Positions 1 to 13,000 of a stretch of DNA of 64,000 nt are shown here, in pieces. The notes beneath the pieces are model-generated. The model made no database searches, was not told where the DNA came from, and saw nothing but the letters and a program-made list of their open reading frames with translations. How positions within the stretch are numbered: the stretch's first letter is position 1; each line of letters begins with the position of its first letter. The stretch is from Azolla caroliniana. Lineage: Eukaryota > Plantae > Polypodiophyta. Both the position numbers and the translations under genes were made by a program. Where the stretch lies: the NCBI GenBank assembly GCA_043228905.1, contig JBHGNT010000010.1, positions 9,424,001 to 9,488,000 on the forward strand, written 5' to 3'.

Positions 1-2
1 AA

Positions 3-1310
3 TCTTCGGTGCCATAATGATGACACAGGAATATCCACCAAAAACAGGTTACCCTCTCTGAGCGTAACATGTAACGGATACAGTGAGTGTATCTTGGGTC
101 CTCTAGCAAGCAGGAGGTTCCCCCTGTGGAGTGTCCACCCTCCCGAAGAAAAACCGGCACGAATGCCGTCTTCATCTAGTTGTCCGACTGAGATCAATGG
201 CCTTGTGAGCTCGGGTACATGTCGGACATTGTGGAGTACAAGTGTAGAGCCCCCTGCAAGGTTGAGCTCTACTGTGCCGATTCCGACGATGTCACAGTGT
301 TGTGAGTTGCCGACTCGAACTGAGTCGGAGTGACGGATCGTATATTGCCGAAATTGGGATCGATGAGGAGTCACGTGAAATGACGCGCCCGAATCCAAGA
401 GCCATGTGCTCGATTCTTCAGTCGTGAGTAGAACTTCTGATCCGACTGGATTTTCTATTGATAGTATATTCGGGTCGTCCGGTAGTACATCAGCTGAGAA
501 GCTGACGTAATTGATCTCCTCATGCCGGCCACTCTTCTTGTTGTTCTTGTTCTTGAGTGCGCGGCAGTCGGCTTTGATGTGTCCGGGTTTCTTGCAATAG
601 TTGCAGATTCGGTTATCCCGTGACTGGCTCCGTCTTCGCTGATTGTTCGGCGGCCGTGAGGAATCTCGTCCTCGTATGTTCGATCGGTCTGTCGAACCTT
701 GTACTACGTAGGCGTCGTCTGTTGAGTCTTTGGCGAAAGACTTTCTCCGAGCTGCTTCGGTCAGGATTGCGCTCGTGACTTCGGAGTATTTAACAGCCGT
801 GGTTGACGCGTTGCACACGGTTGTGACGAAAGTTTCCCATGATGGGGGAAGGCTGCTCATGAGTATCATTGCTCTGAGTTCATCCTCGATTGTCGTCCCC
901 TGTGACGAGATTTGGGAGCTTATGCTTTCGTACTCATTGAGGTGTGCTTGGACCGAGTCGGATTCTTTCATCCGCAAGTTGTAGAGGCGCCGGATCAGAA
1001 ACATCTTCGTTGCGGCGACCTTCTTTTCGTAAGTGTCCGACAGTGTTTTCCACAGTTCGAATGCTGTCGTACACGATTGCACCGTGAAGTATACCGATTC
1101 CGATAGGTGCATCCGAATCGTGGCGCGGACGATTCTGTCCAGCTTCTGCCACTCAATTGGTTTGTATCCTTCTGGAGGTTCTTCATTTTCGATGGGATCG
1201 ATTTGCCCCTTGACTATGAGATAGTCCTGCATTTGCTCCTTCCAGAAGTTAAAGTTCGATCCATCGAACTTTCGTAGACTCATTTCTGACGAGCCGGATG
1301 TTGATGCCAT
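3..1310 (-). CDS. Copia Gag-Pol polyprotein, N-terminal part (Gag, CCHC knuckle, protease, start of integrase), open to the window edge
   Basis: Manual translation from ATG 1310: MASTSGSSEMSLRKFDGSNFNFWKEQMQDYL..., CNYCKKPGHIKADC, WLLDSGASFHVTP, ending ...SSLWHRR at the edge in the same frame. Absent from the ORF track because no stop lies in the window. Confidence 0.9.
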   Translation of the reverse strand, partial: MASTSGSSEMSLRKFDGSNFNFWKEQMQDYLIVKGQIDPIENEEPPEGYKPIEWQKLDRIVRATIRMHLSESVYFTVQSCTTAFELWKTLSDTYEKKVAATKMFLIRRLYNLRMKESDSVQAHLNEYESISSQISSQGTTIEDELRAMILMSSLPPSWETFVTTVCNASTTAVKYSEVTSAILTEAARRKSFAKDSTDDAYVVQGSTDRSNIRGRDSSRPPNNQRRRSQSRDNRICNYCKKPGHIKADCRALKNKNNKKSGRHEEINYVSFSADVLPDDPNILSIENPVGSEVLLTTEESSTWLLDSGASFHVTPHRSQFRQYTIRHSDSVRVGNSQHCDIVGIGTVELNLAGGSTLVLHNVRHVPELTRPLISVGQLDEDGIRAGFSSGGWTLHRGNLLLARGPKIHSLYPLHVTLREGNLFLVDIPVSSLWHRR

Positions 1311-1901
1311 CAAATTTGGTTTCGGTTGACGAAGCTCGGTTCGGAGTTGACTACGAATCTTGTTGGAGTGCAGCCTGTTGGCTCACCCGATATCGTTCTA
1401 GTCGGATTTGAACCCGAGTCGGTTCGGCTTCGGATATATGTATTGTTGAACTTGCTCGAATTGACTACGGTAACCTGAGGGACAGAACCGACTGGTCTTC
1501 CCGAATGTCGCCGAGTCGGAGTGAGCCCGGTTCGCTTCGGATATATATGCCGAATACCGATTATTGAAACCGATTATCTGGACCGATTCGGCTTCGGGTG
1601 ACTGCAGCGACGAGAGAGACGGATCCGACTGATCCTCCCGAATGTCGATCAGCCAGATGAAGCACGAATTTGGGTTGTTGTCAAAGTTGCACAAGGGGAT
1701 TTCACCTCGAGCGGTTACGATCACAAGGGACAGAGTACAACCTGCTGGCTTACTCCAAGCAAGGGGATCTAACGCGATGAGGTGCAAACCTCGTTTTTGT
1801 TCTTCTTCTCTCTTTCTTCGAATGACGCAGGAAACCGAATGCAGAGACGACGGCCGACAGCGGATTGAAGGACCGACTACTGTGCAGGCTCTGATACCAG
1901 A

Positions 1902-1987
1902 TGTTGGAAGCAATGTCGTCAGTGCGGAAGATCTTGAAGCACTCGATTCCTGTTTATTCCCTGTGTATGACAGAATGTAGGTCGTTG

Positions 1988-2019
<32 letters not shown>

Positions 2020-2190
2020 CACAAAAGACTCTTTATTTCACAAAGCAATAATACAACAACCAACCTCACAAAGAGGTTACAAGGTCACTATATATAGTGA
2101 CCGACTTAGGGCAACTACCCTTTATGCTAATTACATAAATGGCCGAAACGGGATGGTGTGAATACGTCCATTATACACATGTATTCGACA
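1902..2190 (-). repeat. 5' LTR of the left-edge Copia (about 289 bp, internal (AG)n)
   Basis: tgttggaag...ttcgaca termini, 2 nt from the PBS. Confidence 0.85.
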
Positions 2191-2771
2191 CCAAACTCCT
2201 ACCATAGAAAATTGGCAACCTAGCAAGTAATGTTTCTTTATTCTCACTTGAATTCAATACCACCTCATAGAAACCACGTGGGCCAACATACACATCCTCT
2301 ACACAATCCGCATGCAAGACACCACGCAGCCATTGTTTGACCCAATGAAGGGGGGGTATTTTGCCAATAAAAAAAAGCATCACTCCTCTATCATAAAATG
2401 CAGAAAAAGATGACAAATACTCTTTTGTATCCACCTCAACCTTAAAAATATCTTCCGCATCAAACTCTGAAGCAATTTTAGCATTTTCTTTCATGCAATC
2501 CTCCATCAAAGCATTAGCCATGCATCTCAAATAAATCCCAATGTGCATCATCTTTAAAGTTAACATCACTATGCATTGCATCAGCATATGACATGTTAAC
2601 CTCGTCTTCCACACGTTTGGGTCTTTTCATTGCATTGCTTACATCTTTATCAGTAATCTGCGGACCCATTGATTTTGACGTCCCTTGTATATCCATTGAC
2701 ATTGACGTACCTGTATCAAAAGTAGGTAGTAATAAAGACATACCAGGATTTATATTGTTTGTCATAGCCAT
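2191..2771 (-). pseudogene. LINE (L1-like) ORF1 N-terminal fragment with DUF4283-like region, frameshifted and cut by the Copia
   Basis: ORFs 2514-2771 and 2171-2614. ...VKQWLRGVL...VYVGPRGFYEVVLNSSENKETLLARLPIFYGRSLV resembles the plant LINE ORF1 DUF4283 pattern (GFFxVxF...R..VL..GP.F.G). It stops exactly at the LTR boundary. Confidence 0.7.
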
Positions 2772-5700
2772 CGAGTGTAGACCACCATAGAATCAGGTCA
2801 ATCTTGGTAGGAAGCCCCTAAGAGAGGATGAACTCTATCTCGACTGGTAGCCCCCAAAGCCCGCGATAGTAATTTGAGCACTGCTTCACTCTCGAAAATC
2901 TGTTCACAACATGCTATATCGCGTTGGAAAGGTCTCCGAAAGAGCTTTCCAACGATTATTTGCACACATGATTCTGATAAACAGAACAAAAGATATGAAC
3001 AGAACGCTCAGTTGCACTCCTCCTCCTATCAAGCTTCTCCTCCTCTCTCTCTCTCTCTCTCTCTCTATGTATACCTTCTTGATAGGAACACTCCTTCATA
3101 CCTCCATCCATTGCTTGCTTGATAACTCCATAACAAGATTATATACATGCTTCCACATTAGTCAGTCCACTTCACACACAACATCCGACCAAGACACCTT
3201 GAGTGCCTACACAAAGAAGGGCTAGTAGAGGATGAATATCACTTGCTTTTTACATGCTCTACATATAGTGCAATTTGTGAAAGCTATGATGATTTTAAGA
3301 CGGGGTGATGACTTGAGTATCATACTAAAGAGAACACCTAGAAGGTTGAGCCCATATGTGTATGCTTTATTCACACACTGAGACTTGGTGCTTCAAAGTA
3401 TGAATATCCCTTCTTAGGAAGGAGACACGCATCAAATAACTTTTGTACATAGGTCCCATGGGTCAATATTGACCTCTCTATGGATGTGAAAAAATATCTA
3501 TCTATATCCTCTCCCTTTTATAGGCCTCATGAGCACCTCATGCAAACAAAAAAAATAACTCTCTTTTTTAGCATGTAACTCTCTCATTTTGTGTCCTTCT
3601 TATCATACATTTGTTGTATCCTTCAACCTTCTATATATATCTAGTTTGACTTCTTTCCTCATGTACGCTTCCCGCATCATGACACCGTTAACATGCTTGT
3701 AATTAGTTGGAGTTTACAAATCTTGACAGTGATTACAAAATATGAAAGGAGCTAAAACTTGAAAGGAAAAAACACTTAGTATAATCTAAATAAATATGTG
3801 TGGGTTAGGTTGCATCATTGACTTTAATTGAATGCAATTACAAAAGAGGGGGCGAGTACCCTGAAGTTTTTTAATTCTAGTAAGATGAGTACGAGAAATA
3901 TGAAAAATTATTGACAATTGTATAAATCTTATACATAGGGTGGCCATCATTGTTGAATTGACCAAATCAAAGGATTTTGAACTTGTACGTCATCGTATTA
4001 TGTGTATTGTATCGAGGCAACAAATCAAAACCACGATACCGACATTTTTCTAGAATCTCACATGACACACATCAACGTTCTCACAATTAACTGTAAAGAG
4101 TAATCTTAGATTATTTAGCTCCCAAACATAGAACCTTCATGAGCTCACCATTGAGATTGAGAGACAAACAAGAAATATATGTGCTACATCTTGTATAGAA
4201 ATCTCCATCTCATTACACCAACTTCCACCATAGGGATATATGGGTAAAGAAACCTAGGGCGAATAACCCACGACTTGTTTCTAATTATTGGATACGAAAC
4301 CATGGCCTTGGAATCATACTCTATATATGTTGCATGCATGGTCTTCGAGTAAGAAAAGCATATGATTAATTTCAAATCAATTAAAGGGCCCTCGTAATAT
4401 GAAAAAATACACACTTATCAACATGTTCTATAGTAGAAAAAGTAAACTACTTTATATTTTAAAATTCAACCACAATATTATTATTTACCTATAATCATAC
4501 CCATTTCCTGTTTACGCAACATTTTAGTATGAATCAAATTAATTGCCATGTAGACAACCATGCTCATAATCATGTCGATAATGTTCGATGCCATTTCCTA
4601 TCATAGTTTTCGTGCCAAATTGCATTATAAAAATAACCTTGAGATGTTATAATTTGACACATTTGATAATAATAAATGTTGTTCGATAGCAATCAATGCA
4701 AACACCATGTGAATGATAAAGTCCACAATTGTTCACCGACTTTTGACATTTGCTCTAATAACTTTATTCAATATATTGGAAGGCAGACTACTTGACGTTT
4801 TGACAATGAGTGATAATCTCCAAACTATGACTTGGGTACTTTTAATATGTGGTGGGGTACTATGGATATATTACCCCACTTACATGGATATTAAATATTA
4901 TGTTTCAGTATCTTGTGGCAAAAAATAATGGGTCATGGAAAACATTTGGATTCAATAAAATTGATGTTTTTTCGCAGGGATACACGATTTAACTGGAACA
5001 CATTTTATATACACTTCACAAAACGCCAAGAATATTTCATTTGATGCTTTGGCGAAACTTAATGCTAGTTACCAGCCCCCATGTATCGTACCTTTTTCTT
5101 TACTTAGATAGACAAGCCTTTTTACATTGGTGCGAAAGGGAAATGGAATCTCTGTGATTGAAGTTTGAAATGACAAAACTTTTAATGCATAATAAATATA
5201 CATATGATGCAACTCCAAACATAATCAAATATGCTCATGAGTCTATTTATATACACATTACGTAAAACCCATGCATGTTGGGTTTTTTGTTATCATCTAC
5301 TCCTATTTGATGTTTGAGGCATACTTCTATCGATGTTGGGTTCATATTAAGATAATTTTAATTGCAAGGAGGGATTTTTTTTGTTATTGTTACTAAGATT
5401 CTATTCATGCTTACACAATCTAACTTAAACATACCATACAAATTTGTTCATTTCACCATTAGTTGAAACACAAGGTCTTTTGAAATAAACGTAATGTGCC
5501 CAATGCACTCTATAGAACTTAGCGAATGAACAACTAATTATGACGCTATCCAATACATATGCCATCAATAAAAAGGTAAAAACAAGCTCATGAATGAAAT
5601 GAGTGATCTCGAGACACGCTACAACACGGTTAAACTATTTCTTTTTTGACATGTGATGAGTTAATATCTAATTGGGATGATTGATCCCTAGAGGTTTTTT

Positions 5701-6320
5701 ACCCAAACAATTTCATGTAAAGCTCAAACTTCGTACACAAATGCTTTAGCAACATGGCCACGACACACTTTATTTATAAATTCTTGCACAAAATAGATTG
5801 CTGACCTCTGATGTTGTTGCACACAAGTTTGCATTTGGGAGTTAGTTCCAATTGCATGGTTTTAGTAATAATATCCCCGAGCATGTGATTGTGTATTTTT
5901 GTGTTACATTTGAATGTTTTTCATAAGTTTGACTTTATAAATTGTGTGTGGAAGAAACAAAGTTCATCATTGACCTTTGTGTTAATTTGTTTACTTTACT
6001 TAATATAGACAAGCCTATTGTCTTTAGGCCGGATTTGAAGTCAATATAGCCAAAAACAAGTATGATATTTCTAATAACATGAGATTTACGAGCAGAGACA
6101 ACGACTTATAATGTCATGCTTCATCTCCCTGAGCTCATATTTAGTTGAGAGTACAAAATTGTTTCCTTGTAGACATGGGAGGAGGAATGAATGCGACAGA
6201 GTGCATTACAACGAGAGCGGCGCATGCATGCATGAATGATCATGAACAAAAAGAAGAAAAGAAGAAAACAAGAGGTGACTGTGAGAGGCTAGGGGACACC
6301 AGTGATGTAATGTGTGTATA

Positions 6321-6340
6321 GGGTAGGGTAGGGTAGGGTA
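6321..6340 (+). repeat. (GGGTA)4 repeat, potential G-quadruplex upstream of the PAT gene
   Basis: gggtagggtagggtagggta seen directly. Confidence 0.7.
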
Positions 6341-6592
6341 GGACCCATAGTCTTTTTCGAAGAGGCACCAAATGGAAGCTATACTGGCGTGTGGTGAGTC
6401 TGGGATTGGCCGGGCACGGGAAGCTTGAGGCCTTGTGTGGCTAGCGAGGCAAGACTTCTGCCGGAGTTCTCGCTTCATATCAACATTATATACATAATAC
6501 GTACATATATTATTATGTATATACATATATATATATGTATACGTGTGTAAATGGCCGTCATGTATATGTACATTGTATGCATTATATACATA

Positions 6593-6593
<1 letters not shown>

Positions 6594-6624
<31 letters not shown>
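6594..6624. repeat. (CA)n microsatellite
   Basis: Direct sequence. Confidence 0.95.
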
Positions 6625-6628
<4 letters not shown>

Positions 6629-6689
6629 GAGTCCACCTAAAAAAAAAGTGTGTGAAAGAAACCCCCCCCTCCATAGCATAGCTTTCTTC

Positions 6690-7069
6690 TCTGTCTCTCG
6701 CTGATGCTGGCTCACCATAATCCCAAATCCTCAGTTATGGAACCTCAAACCCTAATTCCCCAACCCCTGCCTACCTGACGCCTCCAGGTAATTCCGTTTT
6801 TTTTTTCTTTTTCTTAGCTTCTCTCTCGGTCGCTCGCTCGCTTTCTCTACTGTCTCGTGGTGGCATGTTACACACATACACTTCCAACCAAGCTTTGCAA
6901 ATAATTTTCGGGCATATAGCTATGGAACCCTACATGATGGTTTGAATCTGTCTTGCACAGGCTGCATATCTATCTATTCTGTGCTGTGTATGCAGAGGAC
7001 AGTGTTTGAATTGCATGGTTATGTGCTCCATTTGATCCCTGCAAAAATAAACATTATTGGCTTGGTCAG
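6690..7069 (+). promoter_or_regulatory. Putative 5' UTR of the PAT gene: non-coding exon (to 6787), leader intron 6788-6960, telo-box AAACCCTAA 6747-6755
   Basis: CAG|GTAATT donor followed by a pyrimidine tract; TCTTGCACAG acceptor at 6960; telo-box motif. The TSS is a guess. Confidence 0.55.
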
Positions 7070-10000
7070 ATGGTGCGCCGCCATGGCTGGCAGCTTCCTG
7101 CTCACACATATCAGGTCAGTCAGTTTCTTAGAAAGTATTGTATCACTAGTTTAAGATATTTATGAAGGATAATGAAATAAAGACTACAATCTGTACAATG
7201 CTATCCTGAGACGTTTCTAATCAACATTGTACTGCAAGAGGCTTTTCCGAGAAAAATAATGCATCTTGAACGAAACTGTAGCTTGGACGTTGGGAACTTG
7301 GGTGGTCTACGAAATCAGACCAAAACAGATGTGAAAGTCAACCCTCAGACATAGCTTGTATATGTAGGCTCTAGTGATTTGCTATCAAGCCAATGTTTCA
7401 CACTGGAAAACATAGGAATCACTTCCTGGACATCTGAAAATGGGATTATAGTAAAGGCTGGGATTAATTGTTTGGATGTCAGGAGATGGGAGGTATATTC
7501 CTGTAGAAATTTCAGAGATAGGTACTTCCGTATCATTAGATATTTGGATGAGCATAATCTATGCAATATTGAAGGTCTGGAAAATATCTGTGTGACGCTT
7601 ACGATATGACGAGATGTTGCGCAATATAAATTGATGGGGTGTTCTGCATTTCTTGCAGGTTGTGGCTATCACAGTATTCTTTCTCCTCTCAACGGCCTTC
7701 TATGTTTTTCTTGCCCCATTTTTGGGAAATAAAGGACTTCAATATGCGGCAATTGCTATTTATTCCTTAGTGGTAATGTACTTTACCTAGAGATTGGTCG
7801 AATACAAGTCTGCCACACATCTAAAACAATGTTTTAAATTACAGGCCCTAGCAGTGTTTCTACTCTATGTTAGATGTACAGCTATCGATCCGGCTGACCC
7901 GGGAATACTAGATTCTAATTGGAAGCTTGCAGCCAAAGAGGATAAAGGATCTCTAGACAATTCTTCATTAGCATTTACAGGGATTGGACCATCTCTGGAA
8001 CCATCTGCGTCTGGAAGGAGCTCATTGGCACCACATCTCGAGAAGCAAGCAAACCAATGCTCTGATAGTGGCATAGAAAATAGACACAGCCATGTTTCCC
8101 TGCTATCTTTGTGCCTAGGGTGCACACTAGGATGGCTTGTGAAAAGCGACAACTGTAAGAAGGATACTATTGAACTGCAGACCGCTCATGATGAAGATGT
8201 ATTATTTTGCACACTTTGCAATGTGGAGGTAATATCCTTACTTCTATACGAATTAAATCCCAAAAAGTATAGGTACCATTCCTCCTATTTTCTAAGTTTT
8301 TTTTCATTTTTGGAGCGCAGGTACGTAAGTTTAGTAAACATTGTCGAAGTTGTGATAAATGTGTAGATGGCTTCGACCACCATTGTCGAGTATGTACCGT
8401 GCTATATTGATACTCCTTGATTTGAGCATTTATTTGTTACCTTTGTATTATGCATGTCTCTAAGTCGGAAACCTTACCTCTTTTTCAGTGGCTGAACAAC
8501 TGTGTTGGGAGGAAAAATTATGTTACTTTTGTCTCTCTCATGGCCACATGTCTTGTGATGGTAAGATGATATATTCTTCTATTGGAAATCTAAGATGTAT
8601 GGTCCATTTGTTAAAGTGCTGCTAATTTTTATCTTTGTGTGTGTTTGTGATTGAAATACACCAACAATCATGATTTTGAGTTTGTGGATATTTGTGATTT
8701 ATCTTGAACAAAGGGAGAACGATGGGCTTTAATTATCCTGAGTGGTGGGAGATAGATGTTGGGTTGTCACAAGCTTGTCAACTCATACGTCTTTTTTTTA
8801 TGGTTGTGGATGTAATCTCCTTTACCTAGACAAGGAAATTTGGCAATAAAACTTTCATTGCTAACAAGTGAAACTCAATTATGTGTTAGGATATTCATAA
8901 ATAAGGTAGGGAATCCATGAACAACAACTTTTTCACATTTGCTCAAAATATTTTATATCCATTTAATATTACTGATTATAATATTTCTATTTTGAAAAGT
9001 AAGAGGCAAGTTAATAAATTAGGATGACATCTTAACATCCTGTCAATGTCATCTAATGAAGGCATTGTAATGTGCCTAAGCAACTGTCGTTCGCCAGAAT
9101 AGAATGCTTGCTCTCAATCGAGGAGGTGTCCTTATCAAATCTAGAATTGATAATGCGTTATTTGGAAGGCCTGGTAAGATGGCGTCCTGATTTAGAATCT
9201 ATAAGTAATGCTGGTAGTTTGAGTTTATGGTTTTGTATTTGTTGATGATATAAGCATCAGGAGATTGTTACAGCTCTCTTTCTAAAACCACTTGTTACTT
9301 GGAGAAACAAAGGCATTGTTGTGTGACGAGAATTGACATTTCTTTTGCTTTGTTTTTGGAAATGATTTTCAAAACTTCAAAATGCCTGTTTATCTTCTTG
9401 CCTTAAGCCACCAACTCTCATGCATGTTCTTGGTTGTTGCTTTCACTCCACTTATGATATGTACCAAGCCTGCAAGGGCATGATCTTGTTTCAAGGGTGG
9501 TGCAACTGAAATATATCCCCTGGAAGGAAAGGAAGGCTATGCTAGATGATGTTCTTGGAGGAGATGATCATCACGATAATGGAAGATCTCAGACAGATAG
9601 GGAGTCTGCGTAATGAGGATTCACTTCTTAGTGAAGATATGTCCAGAGATGACCTAATTTACTCTTTAATTAGGGATTGAGAACATTTGTGAACCTCGAA
9701 CAAAAGAACACCAAAGTTGTAGTCATTCATGACTGTTTCAGTATGTTTCTCTGATTGAATAGTGGAGGCATGCTCAAAAGTCCCCTGAGGGTTGGGCAGC
9801 AGATTCCAGTAACCTCCATGGGATGAACAAGCCTTAAGGTGTAGTTCTAAATGAGTAGGTAGCAATCCCAAAATCCACTGCTATTAGGATACTTGGTGCT
9901 AAGACGTTGCACTTAGTTAATATATATCAACGTATATTTGGGGTCATATTTTGTCATTTATTTGGTGGCCAAAATCTCATTCTACATTTTCCATTTCAAT

Positions 10001-13000
10001 TTTGGAACTTCTGGCTACGATATTTGCGTGTTTGGATTTTTGTCTCCCATTCTTGAACTACAAGCAATCAGATTCAATTATAAATAAAATAAAACGTTCA
10101 ATACTGAAGCTCTTACTTTCCCATAAGAAAAAGGGACTGTTCAAAGGTTTTTCTTGATTGTATTAGTGTGCCTCGTTCTCCTGAACTGCCTTTCTCTTAA
10201 GGCGTTTCCATTCATATAGAACCTATAGTCACAATGTCATGTCTAGCATTCTAGCGACATTATCTAGGACATTTGATTCTTAGATTCTTGTACGAAGTAG
10301 CTTCAATATGCTTCATTCAAATATCTCATTGAACAGAGACATAAGTGCAATTCTAGCTGTTGTACTTTGTTGAATGCTACAGTGGGTGAATCTGTGGTGA
10401 TTATCTCAGAGATACTGTGCATCTATACAAACAATGACGAATATAACCCTTGCTTGAAAAGAACAGATAATCTTCTTATCACTACTATTAATTTGTGTTT
10501 CAATACTCCATGTGCTCGAAATTTTACGTTTTTAATGCTTCCATGCAGCTACACTTGTCCAAGAGTAACTTTGCCATTGCTTTCATCAACTACTGCCTAT
10601 GTCACTCTTTCCGTGTGTCCGCAATCCCTTGTACTTCCCTCTTCTGCTTCCTTGTTAACTCCAAGGATCCTGGCACAAGTAAATTGTTTTCTTCTTCATG
10701 CTTTTTCCCAGTCTCCAAGCTGTTGACAATGGTGAAATACTAAAGAAATACACATACGCACATAAAGGTGTTTTGGCATAGGATTCAGCTCTTACCATAG
10801 ATCTACTTCACTGCAATGCACCTGGATCACCCCTGAGTCCATGTTAATTTTTCTGTGTGTTTCATATACTGCTGTAAATATTCCAATCCGAGGTAGATGC
10901 ATTAACTGTGGTTAATGTAATCGTGGACCTGAATTATGCACCTACAATGAACACAAGTTAGTAGCTAACATGACGACCTAGGTTAAGCTGAACCCCTAAT
11001 GCTGGATAGTGGCTCTAAAGTTGTGAGTTAAACATGAGGCTGTAACATATACCTTCTTATGAAAGATTGATGTCCTCATCGATGCATTGGGGAAATCAAT
11101 TATGAAGACAAGTAAATTTCCAAGTAGTGTGGATTTATGCTTTTTATTAAATTGCTTTGTATAAGTTTGTCAGCACAATCTTTTGATGTGACAATCAAGA
11201 ACAACTTGGGTTCGAAATGGAAGTTCCTGAATGGGCTCCTAGAGTTGCAAATATTACTAATTAGGGATTACCTGGTCAGCATTGTGAAGCTTTCCCCCTA
11301 GGTTTCAATAGAAAGGACTCTTGAGATCTCAAAGGTTAAGCCACATAACTAATCGTCTCTGTTTGGAAAATATATTGTAACCCTTCTCAGTCATCATAAT
11401 AACAAAATCCTCGCAAATTCTTGTAGATCTTGTGGGTGATGATATAATGTTCTAGTATATAATAACTAGCACTTTGCACTTAAAGAATCCATGAGCAATG
11501 GGAGACCATCGATGAAAACTGTGTTTAATCATGAAATTTCGGAAAGGCTAAACTTGATAGCAATATTATATGCAAGCACAATCTGTAGAGTGTGCTTTTC
11601 CTACTCTGTGCAACCATGGGGATGCAGATGCACAAATGTATCCTCCATCTCTTTAGTACACACAATCTAAATCTATGGATGGTTTGAAGAAGATAGACTA
11701 AAGTCCAGATTTGTTATATCCATCATTTGTGATGTCTTCTCGTAATCCATGTAAGCAATAAATTGCACCATATCTGCAATTTGACTTGCTTTCATTGGAA
11801 AGAAGTGGGATTTAACTTGATCATCTGGAGAATAACATATTATAGACAGTAAGCAATAGTTTTCTGTAATACCAAGACCCCCACATGTGCAGTGAATGTG
11901 GAGTCGCTGTTGCTGATGATCTCTTGTCACTATACTTATATGATAAAGCTACATCATGTCGCATGAGTTGATGAGCTCACTGTGAAGGAACTAGGAGCTA
12001 ACATGGTTATCTTTGAAAGGTGGGCAATGGCCACCCAAACAGCATCTTTCTTCATGGATAGCTTGGAATTAATGGGTGTAACCCTCACTACTCTATATTG
12101 ATTATGCAAACAACGATCTCTGCCATGTGGAATATTCCATACCACATATTGAGCTTGAGATTAGAGAGATATAGGGAACGATAACTAGAACTAAGTTGGA
12201 ATGGTACTAGGTTTTGGGTGGAATTCCACAGAAAAATGGTAGAGATTTAGAACCATTCACTCATAAAATCAAGAAATATTAACTGTGATAGCATTTATCA
12301 TACAGAAATTAAGAATGTGAAAAACCTGTCTTCTGAAAGTACACACCTTAAAAAGACCTTGATTTTGAACTCTGCTGGAATCATTTGAAACCTTTGATAT
12401 TGCAAAGGTTTGAAGCATCACCAACTTTAAAAAGTTTTCAATGTGTTCGCACTAAATCGTAAAACTTCTTTGCTGGCAAACATCTTATACTATACATCAA
12501 CATTTCACTTATATGCAATTAATTAAGACCAAGGTTATAAAGCGTCATCTTTTAGTAACGTTTCTAAGGTAGAGGCATGGGGTCCAAAGCATACATAACC
12601 ACATCAATTTAAGAACACTAAGTTTGAGTTGATGATATAAGTCTCAATTTTGTGTATGTCCTTGTCGCTTTTCTGTTGTAAATCTCAGTAATTTTAAGCT
12701 TATTAGTAGGATCTACCTTCAATGCCTTGAGATTTCTGCATGTTTAAAACTATTTTTTGTCTTTTGCCTTCTGATGCTGCAGCTTCTTCTAGATTGGGTT
12801 GTTGGGCTAGCGGTGTTTGTGAGGTGCTTCACAAGTAAGGCAGATACAGAACGACTGATTGTAGATAAACTTGGAAATGGTTTTTCAAGGCCACCCTTCA
12901 TCATTGTAATTGTAAGATTATAAACTCAGATTTTCTTTCTTGTTGGGGCATTCGGAAAGTTGTGTTCAATACTCAGATTTGAACATTTTCCCTTGGTACA

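Larger units (their letters stand above)
1..2190 (-). mobile_element. Ty1/Copia LTR retrotransposon, 5' part (runs off the left edge)
   Basis: 5' LTR 1902-2190 (TG...CA termini), tRNA-iMet PBS (gctctgatacca on +, 1888-1899), long leader, then an open gag-pol ORF. Confidence 0.93.

Noticed and set aside
1398-2069. 223-aa minus-strand ORF
   Set aside because: Spans the LTR microsatellite, PBS and leader; no recognisable motif.
2969-3230. Possible solo LTR with (CT)n
   Set aside because: No convincing TG/CA ends with a TSD and no partner in the window.
3938-4045. Possible hAT-like terminus (tagggtggcca) with cgatac-type motifs
   Set aside because: No matching second TIR or TSD found.
6206-6718. 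170-aa minus-strand ORF
   Set aside because: Built from (CA)n and (TA)n microsatellites in the promoter region.
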